Assembly (NCBI GenBank): GCA_020721905.1 | Contig: DYLU01000006.1 | Location: 918-64,917, forward strand | From: Leptospira biflexa | GTDB taxonomy: Bacteria; Spirochaetota; UBA4802; UB4802 | Direction: 5' to 3' | DNA: 64,000 nucleotides | Shown here: in pieces, positions 52,121-61,301 of the stretch | Position numbering within the stretch: position 1 is the stretch's first letter | Layout of the letters: the number at the start of each line of letters is the position of its first letter | The notes under the pieces: model-generated | Told to the model about the DNA's origin: nothing | Databases searched by the model: none | What the model saw: the letters and a program-made list of their open reading frames with translations, nothing else | Translations under genes and position numbers: made by a program

Positions 52121-53782
52121 ATGAAACCAACTGTATTGTTACTGGGTATTAATGCTAAATTCATCCATTCCACAGTATCGCTTTACTATTTAAAACAAAT
52201 TATTGCATCATTTCATTATAATGTTTCTATCTTTGAAACAACCATTAACAACCATCTTCAGGAAACCATTAATAGTATACTTGCCATAAAGCCTGATATA
52301 TGCTGTATAGCTGTATATATATGGAATGCACAGTATATTAAAAATCTTTTACCTTTATTGCATGCCAGACTTCCACAATGCAAAATTATATTAGGCGGCC
52401 CCCAGGTAAGCTATACCAGCAATGACTGGCTAAAGCAGTTCCCGTTTATTGACTGTATCATATATGGCGCTGGCGAAAAATCCTTTGAATATTTAGCTAA
52501 CCACCAGTTCTGCACACATGAAAAAATATTACACTATCCAAATTATCATTTTAATGATATCCCTTTTCCGTACACTTCTGATGATTTAAAAAACTTAGCC
52601 AATCATTATATTTACTACGAATCCAGCCGTGGATGCCCTTTTTCATGCAGTTACTGTATATCATCGCGTGAAGATCAGAAATTGCAATTTAAGGACATTC
52701 AGAAAGCATATGATGAACTTGATGTTCTTTTACAGCATAAAGTACGTATGGTAAAATTTGTTGACAGAACCTTTAACTGCAATCCCACACATTCACGGGC
52801 ATTGTTTACATATTTGCTTGATCATAATAATTACCATACCCGGTTTCATTTTGAAATACATCCTGATCTGCTCTTTGATGAGGATTTTGAGATATTGAAA
52901 CACGTGCCGCCACAGTATTTCCAGTTTGAAATTGGGATTCAATCTGTACATGAAACTACATTGCATGCCATTCAGCGTAAGATGAACTGGGAAAAAGCAA
53001 GAGAAAATATCCGCAAACTTATAGATTTACAAAACATCCATATCCACCTTGATATGATCTGTGGACTTCCATACGAAGACATGGAAGGTGTTAAGGAAAG
53101 TTTTAATGCAATAGTAAACCTGAAACCTCACTACTTCCAGATGGGATTTTTAAAGATACTGCCTGGAACAGACATCAATACAAAAAAACATGAGTACGGC
53201 ATTGAACATGAAGACACCCCACCCTATATGATTATAAAAAATAAATGGCTTTCACAAGAAGAGATGCAACTTCTCCACAACATTGAACGCGTGGTCGATA
53301 GCCTGTATAATCACCATTTTAAAACAACATCGTTGATGTTTGCTGACTTTATTGCAAAAGATAATCTTTTTTCTATATACAGCCAAATTGCTGCCTTTTT
53401 TCAAAAACATAGCTTTACATTATATGCAAAAGGTTGGGATTCAATTGCTTCAGTACTGCTTGAATTTATCAAACAACACTACCCTGAACATACCAGGCTT
53501 GCCACTGATTGCTTGCGATGGGACTGGTTTGTTAAATCAAATAATAAATGGGTACCACGTTTTATACGAAGCAGCGGCAACCCAAATACCATAAAAGAGA
53601 TGATTATTCAGCAAAACAGAATATCTAAACAGGAACTATCGCTTAATAAAAAAATAATTCCTGTACTAAAAATGCAACGATCACAGATCTTTATTGCCGA
53701 AAGCGATCACTTTGTGCACTGGCACATGGACAACCACCGGTACGCAGTAAAGCTTGATGGTCAGGTACTCCTGATAGATTAA
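52121..53782 (+). CDS. B12-binding-domain radical SAM protein (class B-like, DUF4080-type architecture)
   Basis: 553 aa. The first ~150 aa are Rossmann-like, consistent with a cobalamin-binding domain. This is followed by the CxxxCxxC cluster ESSRGCPFSCSYCISS and a long C-terminal extension. Confidence 0.7.
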   Translation: MKPTVLLLGINAKFIHSTVSLYYLKQIIASFHYNVSIFETTINNHLQETINSILAIKPDICCIAVYIWNAQYIKNLLPLLHARLPQCKIILGGPQVSYTSNDWLKQFPFIDCIIYGAGEKSFEYLANHQFCTHEKILHYPNYHFNDIPFPYTSDDLKNLANHYIYYESSRGCPFSCSYCISSREDQKLQFKDIQKAYDELDVLLQHKVRMVKFVDRTFNCNPTHSRALFTYLLDHNNYHTRFHFEIHPDLLFDEDFEILKHVPPQYFQFEIGIQSVHETTLHAIQRKMNWEKARENIRKLIDLQNIHIHLDMICGLPYEDMEGVKESFNAIVNLKPHYFQMGFLKILPGTDINTKKHEYGIEHEDTPPYMIIKNKWLSQEEMQLLHNIERVVDSLYNHHFKTTSLMFADFIAKDNLFSIYSQIAAFFQKHSFTLYAKGWDSIASVLLEFIKQHYPEHTRLATDCLRWDWFVKSNNKWVPRFIRSSGNPNTIKEMIIQQNRISKQELSLNKKIIPVLKMQRSQIFIAESDHFVHWHMDNHRYAVKLDGQVLLID

Positions 53783-54547
53783 TTACACTACTGAAGCACC
53801 GCCATCAATCAGTATTGTTTGCCCGGTAATATAGCGCGCCCCATCTGATGCCAGGAAAAGAACAGGATGTACCACCTCATCAATTTCGGCAATTCTTCCC
53901 ATGGGGATATTTTTTACAATCATATCATGAATGGCATCATTTGACCAGAACGGCTTGCTGAAATCAGTACGTACCATTCCGGGTGCAACCGCATTAACCT
54001 GTACATTAAATGGCGCAAGCTCCAGTGCCAGATTTTTTGTCATCATATCAATACCTGCTTTTGCAATACCATAAACATTCATGCCCGGTGAAGCTAACCT
54101 GCCTGCAATTGATGATATGCTGACAATTTTTCCGCTTTTCTGCTGGCGCATAACTCCTCCAACCTTCTTTGACACCAGAAATGTGCCGGTAAGGTTTGAA
54201 TCAATAATCTTTTGCCATGCCGACAGTTCAACATCAACAAGGCTTCCTGTTGGAAGGTTCATACCAACATTATTAATTAATATATCAATCCGGGAAAAAG
54301 TCTTTACTGCCGTATCAACAAGTGTATTCACATCTTCCTCTTTGGCAATGTGAGCTTTACATGTTACGCAATTATTGCCAGCATTGAGAATTTCCCTTGC
54401 CTTATCCAGCCCTTCCTGCTTACGTCCACAAATTACAACCTTAGCATTCTGGCGCAATAATTCCTGTGCTAATGCCAGCCCAATACCACGTGTACCACCG
54501 GTAACAATGGCAACTTTTCCATCTAAATTATATGAAACTACACCCAT
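53783..54547 (-). CDS. SDR-family oxidoreductase (FabG-like)
   Basis: 254 aa. TGGTRGIGLA cofactor motif, NNVG, and catalytic S…YGIAKAG (YxxxK). Confidence 0.85.
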   Translation of the reverse strand: MGVVSYNLDGKVAIVTGGTRGIGLALAQELLRQNAKVVICGRKQEGLDKAREILNAGNNCVTCKAHIAKEEDVNTLVDTAVKTFSRIDILINNVGMNLPTGSLVDVELSAWQKIIDSNLTGTFLVSKKVGGVMRQQKSGKIVSISSIAGRLASPGMNVYGIAKAGIDMMTKNLALELAPFNVQVNAVAPGMVRTDFSKPFWSNDAIHDMIVKNIPMGRIAEIDEVVHPVLFLASDGARYITGQTILIDGGASVV

Positions 54548-54569
54548 ACAAAACCTCCGTTTTTAAAAG

Positions 54570-57005
54570 TTATATAAACTCAACTAAAGCTCCATTAGCC
54601 ATATGATATACAGCGGTTTTAACTATGGTTGCCGCTGCCAGCGGATGGTCAACTTCACACCAGTCAGCAATAAGACTGTCAGGCCGTATTGATCCTTCGC
54701 CTGCTGGTATGAGTAATTCAATGCTTTCATCGTGAATTAAAAAATTGACAATAACATCATCAAATCGTAAATTCTTCAATCCTTTTTTCGTCTTCTTAAC
54801 TATATCTGTTTTGTTCTTTAATTTGCCGGCAAACATATCATACAGCTTCCCATCAGAAAATGTTATACTATAAAGGGAATGTGCAATTGCTTGAAGGGGC
54901 AACGTTGTTTCAGTGTGATGATACGCCGATATAATTTCAAAGCCTTCAGGAAATAATTTTCCAAAATTACTTACTGCTGTATCACTGCACTGCTGGTAGA
55001 GTTCAACATCAACAAACTCACACAGGCTTTCATAACCAAGCGGCAGTGCTGGCCCGGTGACAATACGCTCATGTTTATTAAATCCCTGCGTATATGCCAC
55101 AGGAATCTGAGCCATGCGCAGTGCACGCTTGAATATTTCCATGCAATCTATGTGACCTAAAAACCGGGCTTTCCCCTTTTTGGCGTATTGCACACGCAGG
55201 GTAAAAGCAGCTTTATATCGTTTTGCAAATGACTGTGCAGCGTTTTTAAATGCATCTTTATCAAGTGGATTTTTTTTAAAACCAGCGGGGAATGTTTTTC
55301 CATCCCAGTTTAAATGCATCTTTTTGTGTATAAGGGTATCGTAGCGCGTTTTAATAACATGCCAGGGCAAAACTTCCTGTAATTGTCTTTTTTCTAAATA
55401 GCGGCGCCAGTTACCAACAGTCTTTTGCAATGCATTATCCCACAGGGTAAAATCAAAATGCTCACCCCATAAATCCAGGCGGGCTCCATTGCGATATGCT
55501 GCAACAAGGGCATTTGACAGTAAACTATCGCCACGCGCAAACACGCCTTCAATGAGTGTTGCATAAACATCATGATTTTTTATTGTTACCGATTTTGGCA
55601 CACTGCGTTTTATTGTGTGTATTACCTCACGGCAATAAGTTTCATCATACTGCTTTTCATACTGGAATGGCGTGTGCGGTTTTGGCACAAATGGTGAGAT
55701 AGTTACATTGTACTGGATTTTTTTATTAATGGAACATGCTTTTTTCATGAATGAAACAATATCCGCTGCTTCATCCACATCATCACACCCTGGAAGGCCA
55801 ATCATAAAGTATAGCTTTATGCGCTGCCACCCACGCTGTGACAGCACGGTTATGATATTCATGATTTCTTCAACTGCAAGACGCTTGTATGCCTTATAGC
55901 GCAGAATGTCAGAAGCTGACTCAATGGCAAAAGTCAGTGATGTTTTTTTTAAATCAGATATTGATTCAATAATATCAAGTGTTTGCAAATCCACTCTCAG
56001 CGATGGAAGTGATATGCTTATACCCTGCTCTACCAGTGGCGGCACAATATAGTTCAAAAGCTCCACTATATCAGAATAATCCCCAACACTCAGCGAGTGC
56101 AGCGATACATCACCAAACCCTGTATGCTGCACAGTGTCCAGTATAGAATCAGCAAGTTCCCTGGCATTTGCCCTGCGGTAAGGAAGCTCCCAGTAGCCTG
56201 CATGGCAAAACTTGCACAGGTTCTTGCAGCCCCTGTCCAACTGAATGGAAACCCTGTCCTGCACACTGCGTATGGATGGTACCACTGGCCGTGTAGCTTC
56301 ATATCTATGAAAATTGTGCGCAACTCTTTTATACACCACCGGCGCTTTGATTGCTGTCAATATCTGACCTTCATAGGTAAATTCAACATCGCGACTGCAT
56401 AGCACTCCTTCTATTTTTGCCAAACGTGCAAGCAGGTCATCTTTTGGTAAACCTTTTGTCTTTTTTTCAATAAGGATGTTTACAATCTCCACTATGGCTT
56501 CTTCACCATTACCGGCAAAGACTGCATCAGCAAATGGCAAAAGTGGTGCTGGATTGCTTGCCGCCTCTCCGCCAATGACTATTAACGGGTAACTATGGCC
56601 CCTATCCTTTGCAAAAAACGGAATGTTAGCAAGATCCAGTACCTGAAGTATATTTGTGTACAATAATTCGCTGGCTGCATTGAAGCCCACCATATCAAGC
56701 TCCAGTAGCGGTGTAAATGTTTCAAGTGTATACAGTGGCATCCCTGAATTGTTCAAGACCTTTTCAAAATCACGCTCCACGGCAAACACGCGCTCACATG
56801 CTGCACCTTCTATTGCATTCACCGCATTGTACAAAATCTGAATGCCGTTATTGGACATGCCAACCTCATACAGGTCCGGAAAACAAAGCCCAACCCTGAC
56901 TATTGCATCAGTCTTTACAACTGCATTCCATTCACCACCCACATAACGTGCAGGTTTTGAAACGTGCGCCACAAGGCTAAATATCTTTTCTTTTTCAATT
57001 GCCAT
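54570..57005 (-). CDS. Large radical SAM protein: TIGR03960-like N-terminal radical SAM module fused to a DUF2344/TIGR03936-like C-terminal domain
   Basis: 811 aa. N-terminus …VSKPARYVGGEWNAV…, typical of the uncharacterised 'radical SAM family' proteins. CxxxCxxC-type cluster DRGCKNLCKFCHAGYW. The C-terminal ~200 aa (…GKARFLGHIDCMEIFKRALRMAQIPVAYTQGFNKHERI…) resemble DUF2344. Family names are from memory, not a search. Confidence 0.65.
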   Translation of the reverse strand: MAIEKEKIFSLVAHVSKPARYVGGEWNAVVKTDAIVRVGLCFPDLYEVGMSNNGIQILYNAVNAIEGAACERVFAVERDFEKVLNNSGMPLYTLETFTPLLELDMVGFNAASELLYTNILQVLDLANIPFFAKDRGHSYPLIVIGGEAASNPAPLLPFADAVFAGNGEEAIVEIVNILIEKKTKGLPKDDLLARLAKIEGVLCSRDVEFTYEGQILTAIKAPVVYKRVAHNFHRYEATRPVVPSIRSVQDRVSIQLDRGCKNLCKFCHAGYWELPYRRANARELADSILDTVQHTGFGDVSLHSLSVGDYSDIVELLNYIVPPLVEQGISISLPSLRVDLQTLDIIESISDLKKTSLTFAIESASDILRYKAYKRLAVEEIMNIITVLSQRGWQRIKLYFMIGLPGCDDVDEAADIVSFMKKACSINKKIQYNVTISPFVPKPHTPFQYEKQYDETYCREVIHTIKRSVPKSVTIKNHDVYATLIEGVFARGDSLLSNALVAAYRNGARLDLWGEHFDFTLWDNALQKTVGNWRRYLEKRQLQEVLPWHVIKTRYDTLIHKKMHLNWDGKTFPAGFKKNPLDKDAFKNAAQSFAKRYKAAFTLRVQYAKKGKARFLGHIDCMEIFKRALRMAQIPVAYTQGFNKHERIVTGPALPLGYESLCEFVDVELYQQCSDTAVSNFGKLFPEGFEIISAYHHTETTLPLQAIAHSLYSITFSDGKLYDMFAGKLKNKTDIVKKTKKGLKNLRFDDVIVNFLIHDESIELLIPAGEGSIRPDSLIADWCEVDHPLAAATIVKTAVYHMANGALVEFI

Positions 57006-57014
57006 GTTTTACCT

Positions 57015-57890
57015 TTATTTTTCATGGTATGCACAGTACTGTGCCAGTGCAATAAAATCCTGTAGCGAAAGCTCCTCACCACGTACTCCGGGATCAAAGT
57101 CCAATGCTTCAAATGCCCTTTCAATCAATGATCTGTCAAAGGTTTTATACGGTGAACGCTTCAACGCTGTTTTTAACATCTTGCGGCGCGCCCAGAAGGC
57201 TGTTGCAACAAGCTGTTCAAATATTTCTTTTTCATTATCCTGTAAGGGCATATTTTTTTTTCGTATCAGCTGCACAAATGTTGAATACACCTTTGGCTCC
57301 GGATAGAATACATGTGGCGGTATATCAAAAAGTTTGTGCACATCAAAGTAAAGCCGGATACCCACCGTGAATGCTGAATACATAGCGCTTCCCGGCAAAG
57401 CAATCAGCCGCCCCGCCATCTCCTTTTGAATCAGGAAAAAACATTGTGAAGCTGAATAGTGTTTAGCCACCCTGAAAATAATCTGCGAAGATACATTATA
57501 AGGAAGATTGCCAACAATACGCGTACACCCTCTAACAGGTGGTACTTTTAAAAAATCATCATGCACTATGGTTACGTGCGCCATTGCCGCAAACTGTTCT
57601 GTGAGTATATGGGCAAATCCTGCGTCTATTTCAATGCAAAAAAGTTTCTTAACAAGCCTGCTTAACGGTGATGTGAGAATCCCCGGCCCCGGACCTATTT
57701 CCAGTATACAGTCGTCAGGCTGCGGGTTTATTGCGGTAACTATCGCCTCAATATATTTTTCTGAAATTAAAAAATGCTGGCCATACGCCCTGTTGGGCGA
57801 TAGCCCCTGTGACTTGAGGTATGCAAGGATTTCTTTTTTATTCAATATACTTCTCTTTTTCTTTCCTGAGGCTGATGACACCATTGTCAT
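57015..57890 (-). CDS. rsmA: 16S rRNA (adenine1518/1519-N6)-dimethyltransferase RsmA/KsgA
   Basis: GQHFLI, EIGPGPGILT, NLPYNVSS. 291 aa. Overlaps the fliG 3' end by 53 nt. Confidence 0.9.
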   Translation of the reverse strand: MTMVSSASGKKKRSILNKKEILAYLKSQGLSPNRAYGQHFLISEKYIEAIVTAINPQPDDCILEIGPGPGILTSPLSRLVKKLFCIEIDAGFAHILTEQFAAMAHVTIVHDDFLKVPPVRGCTRIVGNLPYNVSSQIIFRVAKHYSASQCFFLIQKEMAGRLIALPGSAMYSAFTVGIRLYFDVHKLFDIPPHVFYPEPKVYSTFVQLIRKKNMPLQDNEKEIFEQLVATAFWARRKMLKTALKRSPYKTFDRSLIERAFEALDFDPGVRGEELSLQDFIALAQYCAYHEK

Positions 57891-58854
57891 GCAATTGACG
57901 CATTACCCTGACAATATTGTCCCGCGCTTCCTGTATCTCGGACAGGCGCACGGGGCCCATTGCCTCCATTTCCTGCATGATATCAGTTGCGCGGTTTTTG
58001 CTCATATTGCGGAAAAATTTGAAACGAATCTCATCGCCGGCACCTTTCAGAGCCCTTGCTATTATATAGTCATTGCTGATTTCATCAATCAGTATGCGCA
58101 TCTCGGTATTGGTGAGAGTAAGAACATTTTCAAAGGTAAAGATACGTGCTTTTATTTCATCAGCAATCTGAGGCATTGTGCTTTCAAAGTAATCAATAAG
58201 CTGTTTTTCCTGATCGCCGCTTAAGTGCGCCATGATATCAATAAGCGCATTGAGTCCTCCCGCTTTTGAACTGGATTGCCCCTGATAGCGATACTCATCA
58301 TATTTTTTGCGCAACACTCGCGATATTTCAAGCACCGCATCAGGCGAAGTTCGATCCATCTTTGCCATGCGAAGCGTTACTTCTTTTGCTAAATCCACGG
58401 GAAGCAGTTTAACAACTTCAGCCGCTTTGGCAGCAGGTATGTACGCTAAGGTCACGGCAATAGTCTGGGGATGCTCATTCTGCAAAAACATAACAATAAG
58501 TTCAGCATCAATTTCGTTTAGGAAGCCAAACCCCTTTTCAAGATCTTTGTGTGTCAGGCGCTTTAAAATATCTTTTGCCTTATCCTCACCAAAGGCTGCA
58601 TACAAAATTTCCTTTGCAACATTGTGACCGCCAAACGCAACTCCGCGCGCTTTTCGCAATTCCAGCAAAAACTGTCCTATGAGTTCTTCTTTTTCTTCAG
58701 GTGCAAGTACATCTATCTTTGCTATCTCTGCAGCTAATTTGTTAACACTTTCTTCATCAAGATATTTCATTATATCTGAAGCAGCTTCAGGCCCCAGTGC
58801 CACTAAAAGCGCTGCTGCCTTTTCGGCACCGCTCATCTGGTCAATTGGTTTCAC
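57838..58854 (-). CDS. fliG: Flagellar motor switch protein FliG (singleton copy, outside a fliF/fliH context)
   Basis: 338 aa. MSGAEKAAALLVALGPEAASDIMKYL…, with armadillo-like middle and C-terminal torque helix regions typical of FliG. Confidence 0.85.
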   Translation of the reverse strand: MKPIDQMSGAEKAAALLVALGPEAASDIMKYLDEESVNKLAAEIAKIDVLAPEEKEELIGQFLLELRKARGVAFGGHNVAKEILYAAFGEDKAKDILKRLTHKDLEKGFGFLNEIDAELIVMFLQNEHPQTIAVTLAYIPAAKAAEVVKLLPVDLAKEVTLRMAKMDRTSPDAVLEISRVLRKKYDEYRYQGQSSSKAGGLNALIDIMAHLSGDQEKQLIDYFESTMPQIADEIKARIFTFENVLTLTNTEMRILIDEISNDYIIARALKGAGDEIRFKFFRNMSKNRATDIMQEMEAMGPVRLSEIQEARDNIVRVMRQLHDNGVISLRKEKEKYIE

Positions 58855-59704
58855 GTTTGATTACCATAACTTTTTTAAAGTCAATAACATTCTGCGGACA
58901 AACCTCGGCACATCTTCCGCAATTAATACATAATTCATAATCAATGACAGCCAGAAAGTTTTCCACCTTGATTGCTGTATCAACATCAGGATTGTCTTTA
59001 AATACTTCTTCGCGGCATACTTTTTCGCATCGCCGGCATGCAATACAGCCAACGCTGCAACCCAGCTTCATAACCGGTGCCTTCTGCTTATTGCGACACA
59101 TTACATAGACGTCAACAGTGCTTTCCACCAGGCTTATTATATTGCGTGGACAGGCTTCAACGCAGTTGCCACACCCTGTGCATTTTTCAGCGTCAACAAA
59201 TGGCAGCCCCCTATCGTCCAGATGAATGGCATCAAACGGGCATGCCCGTACGCAATCACCAAGACCCAGACATCCATATTCACACACCTTGAAGCCACCC
59301 ATAACAAGCTGAGCAGCGGTACAGCTGTGTGGCCCATCGTACATAAATCGTATTTTTGTTTCATTAACACCACCCTGGCAGTGGACACGGGCAATTCGTT
59401 TAACTCCGGCTTCTGCTTTTATACCCATAATTTCCGCAATTTTATTCACACTGTTTGGCCCGCCAACAGGACACATATTAATGGCTGCGCCATGTTCAAC
59501 AATATTGGTTGCATACCCGGCACAACCGGGAAACCCGCATGCACCACAATTTGCCCCTGGAAGAGCTTCCATTACCTTTTCTATACGTGGGTCTTTTTCA
59601 ACTTTTAATAAAACCTTGGCAAGTGACAGCAAAATACCACATGCCATGCTCAATACAGTTATACTGATTATAGATGGAACCGAAGGAAATAATATATCCA
59701 GCAT
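58841..59704 (-). CDS. RnfB-like iron-sulfur protein (electron transport complex subunit B family), stand-alone
   Basis: 287 aa. N-terminal TM helix, then LPGANCGACGFPGCAGYA (the RnfB N-terminal [4Fe-4S] motif), then several ferredoxin-type CxxCxxCxxxCP clusters. No other rnf genes adjacent. Confidence 0.75.
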   Translation of the reverse strand: MLDILFPSVPSIISITVLSMACGILLSLAKVLLKVEKDPRIEKVMEALPGANCGACGFPGCAGYATNIVEHGAAINMCPVGGPNSVNKIAEIMGIKAEAGVKRIARVHCQGGVNETKIRFMYDGPHSCTAAQLVMGGFKVCEYGCLGLGDCVRACPFDAIHLDDRGLPFVDAEKCTGCGNCVEACPRNIISLVESTVDVYVMCRNKQKAPVMKLGCSVGCIACRRCEKVCREEVFKDNPDVDTAIKVENFLAVIDYELCINCGRCAEVCPQNVIDFKKVMVIKRETN

Positions 59705-59786
59705 AGTTAACCTCAGTATTTCATTTTACGGTAGCATTGTGAATTACACCATACAAAAAGTCAATACAGTTGCAATTAAAAAATTC

Positions 59787-59815
59787 TTGCAATAATAGCA
59801 TTATACCGATAGTAT
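59787..59815 (+). promoter_or_regulatory. Candidate sigma-70 promoter for the GHKL-ATPase gene
   Basis: TTGCAA, a 17-nt spacer, then TAGTAT, 35 nt upstream of the ATG at 59850. A second TTGCAA lies 16 nt further upstream. Confidence 0.3.
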
Positions 59816-59849
59816 ATGTAAAATCAATGAAATCATAACCATTTACTCT

Positions 59850-60503
59850 ATGGCTACAACAACATCACAGGACATTTTACACGAGATACTATCGGCAATA
59901 AATAAAAATCAGGAAGTGGTTTTTGTCAGCTATTCCATCTTGGATGAAACAGAAAAAAATATACAATATACATTAAGCAAAATACTGGGAAAGCACAACA
60001 AATCAGATCTCTACACACCTGTTTATTCATCCATCAAGGAACTGATAGCAAATGCAGTAAAAGCCAACGCCAAATATATTCTTATTGAAGAAGGTGAAAT
60101 TAAAAACCCTGACGACATCAGGGAAGTTGTAACCAAAGTCAGAAATATCCTTAACGAAGAATCTCTGCTTATTTATGGCATAAAAGCAAAACAGCATGGA
60201 TTGTCCACCAGGGTATATTTCAAACCGCAACCAACACGCCTTACAATTGAAGTAATAAATAATTTGCCAGTGACCGAAAAAGAACTGGAACGCATGCGGG
60301 AAAGAGTTGAACGCTCTTCTAACTATGACAGCATTGCAGATTTCTATTTAGAAAATCCTGACCCTGCTGCTGAGGGTATGGGGTTAGGACTTTCCATGGT
60401 AGTGGTTTTGTTAAAAAGCATTGGGATACCGTATACTAATTTTACGTTATATACTGATTTTAAAACAAAAACAATTGCCCGTATTATTGTCCCTTTAATT
60501 TAG
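59850..60503 (+). CDS. Stand-alone GHKL (histidine-kinase-like) ATPase-domain protein
   Basis: 217 aa. N-box-like ELIANAVKANA and a G2-box-like AAEGMGLGLSMV. No transmitter, HisKA or DHp region. Confidence 0.5.
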   Translation: MATTTSQDILHEILSAINKNQEVVFVSYSILDETEKNIQYTLSKILGKHNKSDLYTPVYSSIKELIANAVKANAKYILIEEGEIKNPDDIREVVTKVRNILNEESLLIYGIKAKQHGLSTRVYFKPQPTRLTIEVINNLPVTEKELERMRERVERSSNYDSIADFYLENPDPAAEGMGLGLSMVVVLLKSIGIPYTNFTLYTDFKTKTIARIIVPLI

Positions 60504-60540
60504 GATAAAACAAAAAAGCATCCCTCTATAAGCGATATTA

Positions 60541-61173
60541 TTATTGTCCCGTCAGTTTAGGTTTGGCCTCTAAATATGCCATTATCATTTTCATGCAGGT
60601 TTTTGCAAGGTGATCTATGTTGTAAAGCTCATGATTAAAGGTCCACTGTATGGCAACATTCATAACCATTGCCACAATGGCATGTGCAGCCAATCTGGCA
60701 TCACCTGGTTTAAATACCCCCTGACTTATGCCATCTTCAATAACCTTTACTATTTCATCGCATAACTGTTTGTAGATATCAGTATTTATGTGTTTAACCC
60801 TTTCATTAATGGGAATCTGTGCCCAGAAATCAACCAGTACTGTGTAAAATGCAGGATGACGTTTTGCCGTAACAATAAATGCTATAACAATTGCCCGCAT
60901 ACGCCGTTCGGGGGTGCGGTATTTTGCCGCACGTTTGTTAATATTTTTTTTAATGATAATATAAATCTGTTCCAGCAAATAGATGAGTATATCTTCCTTG
61001 GATTTAAAATAGTGCAGCACACCGCCTTTTGATAAGCCCGCATTTTTTGCAATGTCATCAAGGGTGAAGTTATTATACCCTTTAGCAGAAATAACCTCAT
61101 ATGCTGCTTTAATTATCTGCGTTTTTCTTTGCTCTTCTTTTTCGGCCCGTGCTTCCGGTTTTAATCGTGGCAT
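60541..61173 (-). CDS. TetR/AcrR-family transcriptional regulator
   Basis: N-terminal HTH FTLDDIAKNAGLSKGGVLHYFKSKEDIL. 210 aa. Confidence 0.85.
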   Translation of the reverse strand: MPRLKPEARAEKEEQRKTQIIKAAYEVISAKGYNNFTLDDIAKNAGLSKGGVLHYFKSKEDILIYLLEQIYIIIKKNINKRAAKYRTPERRMRAIVIAFIVTAKRHPAFYTVLVDFWAQIPINERVKHINTDIYKQLCDEIVKVIEDGISQGVFKPGDARLAAHAIVAMVMNVAIQWTFNHELYNIDHLAKTCMKMIMAYLEAKPKLTGQ

Positions 61174-61221
61174 GTGGTTTTCCTCGTACTTTATATTTCA
61201 TCCTGGCACAAAATAATAAAC

Positions 61222-61241
61222 AACACTGTATCATTAGTGTT
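61222..61241. promoter_or_regulatory. Inverted repeat upstream of the TetR gene (candidate operator)
   Basis: AACACT-gtatcatt-AGTGTT, about 50-70 nt upstream of the TetR start, overlapping AT-rich -10-like sequence. Confidence 0.25.
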
Positions 61242-61301
61242 TATACAATTATGGCTATTTTTTTTTAATTTGTAAAGTTTTTTTTATGAATTTAAATAAA
61301 T

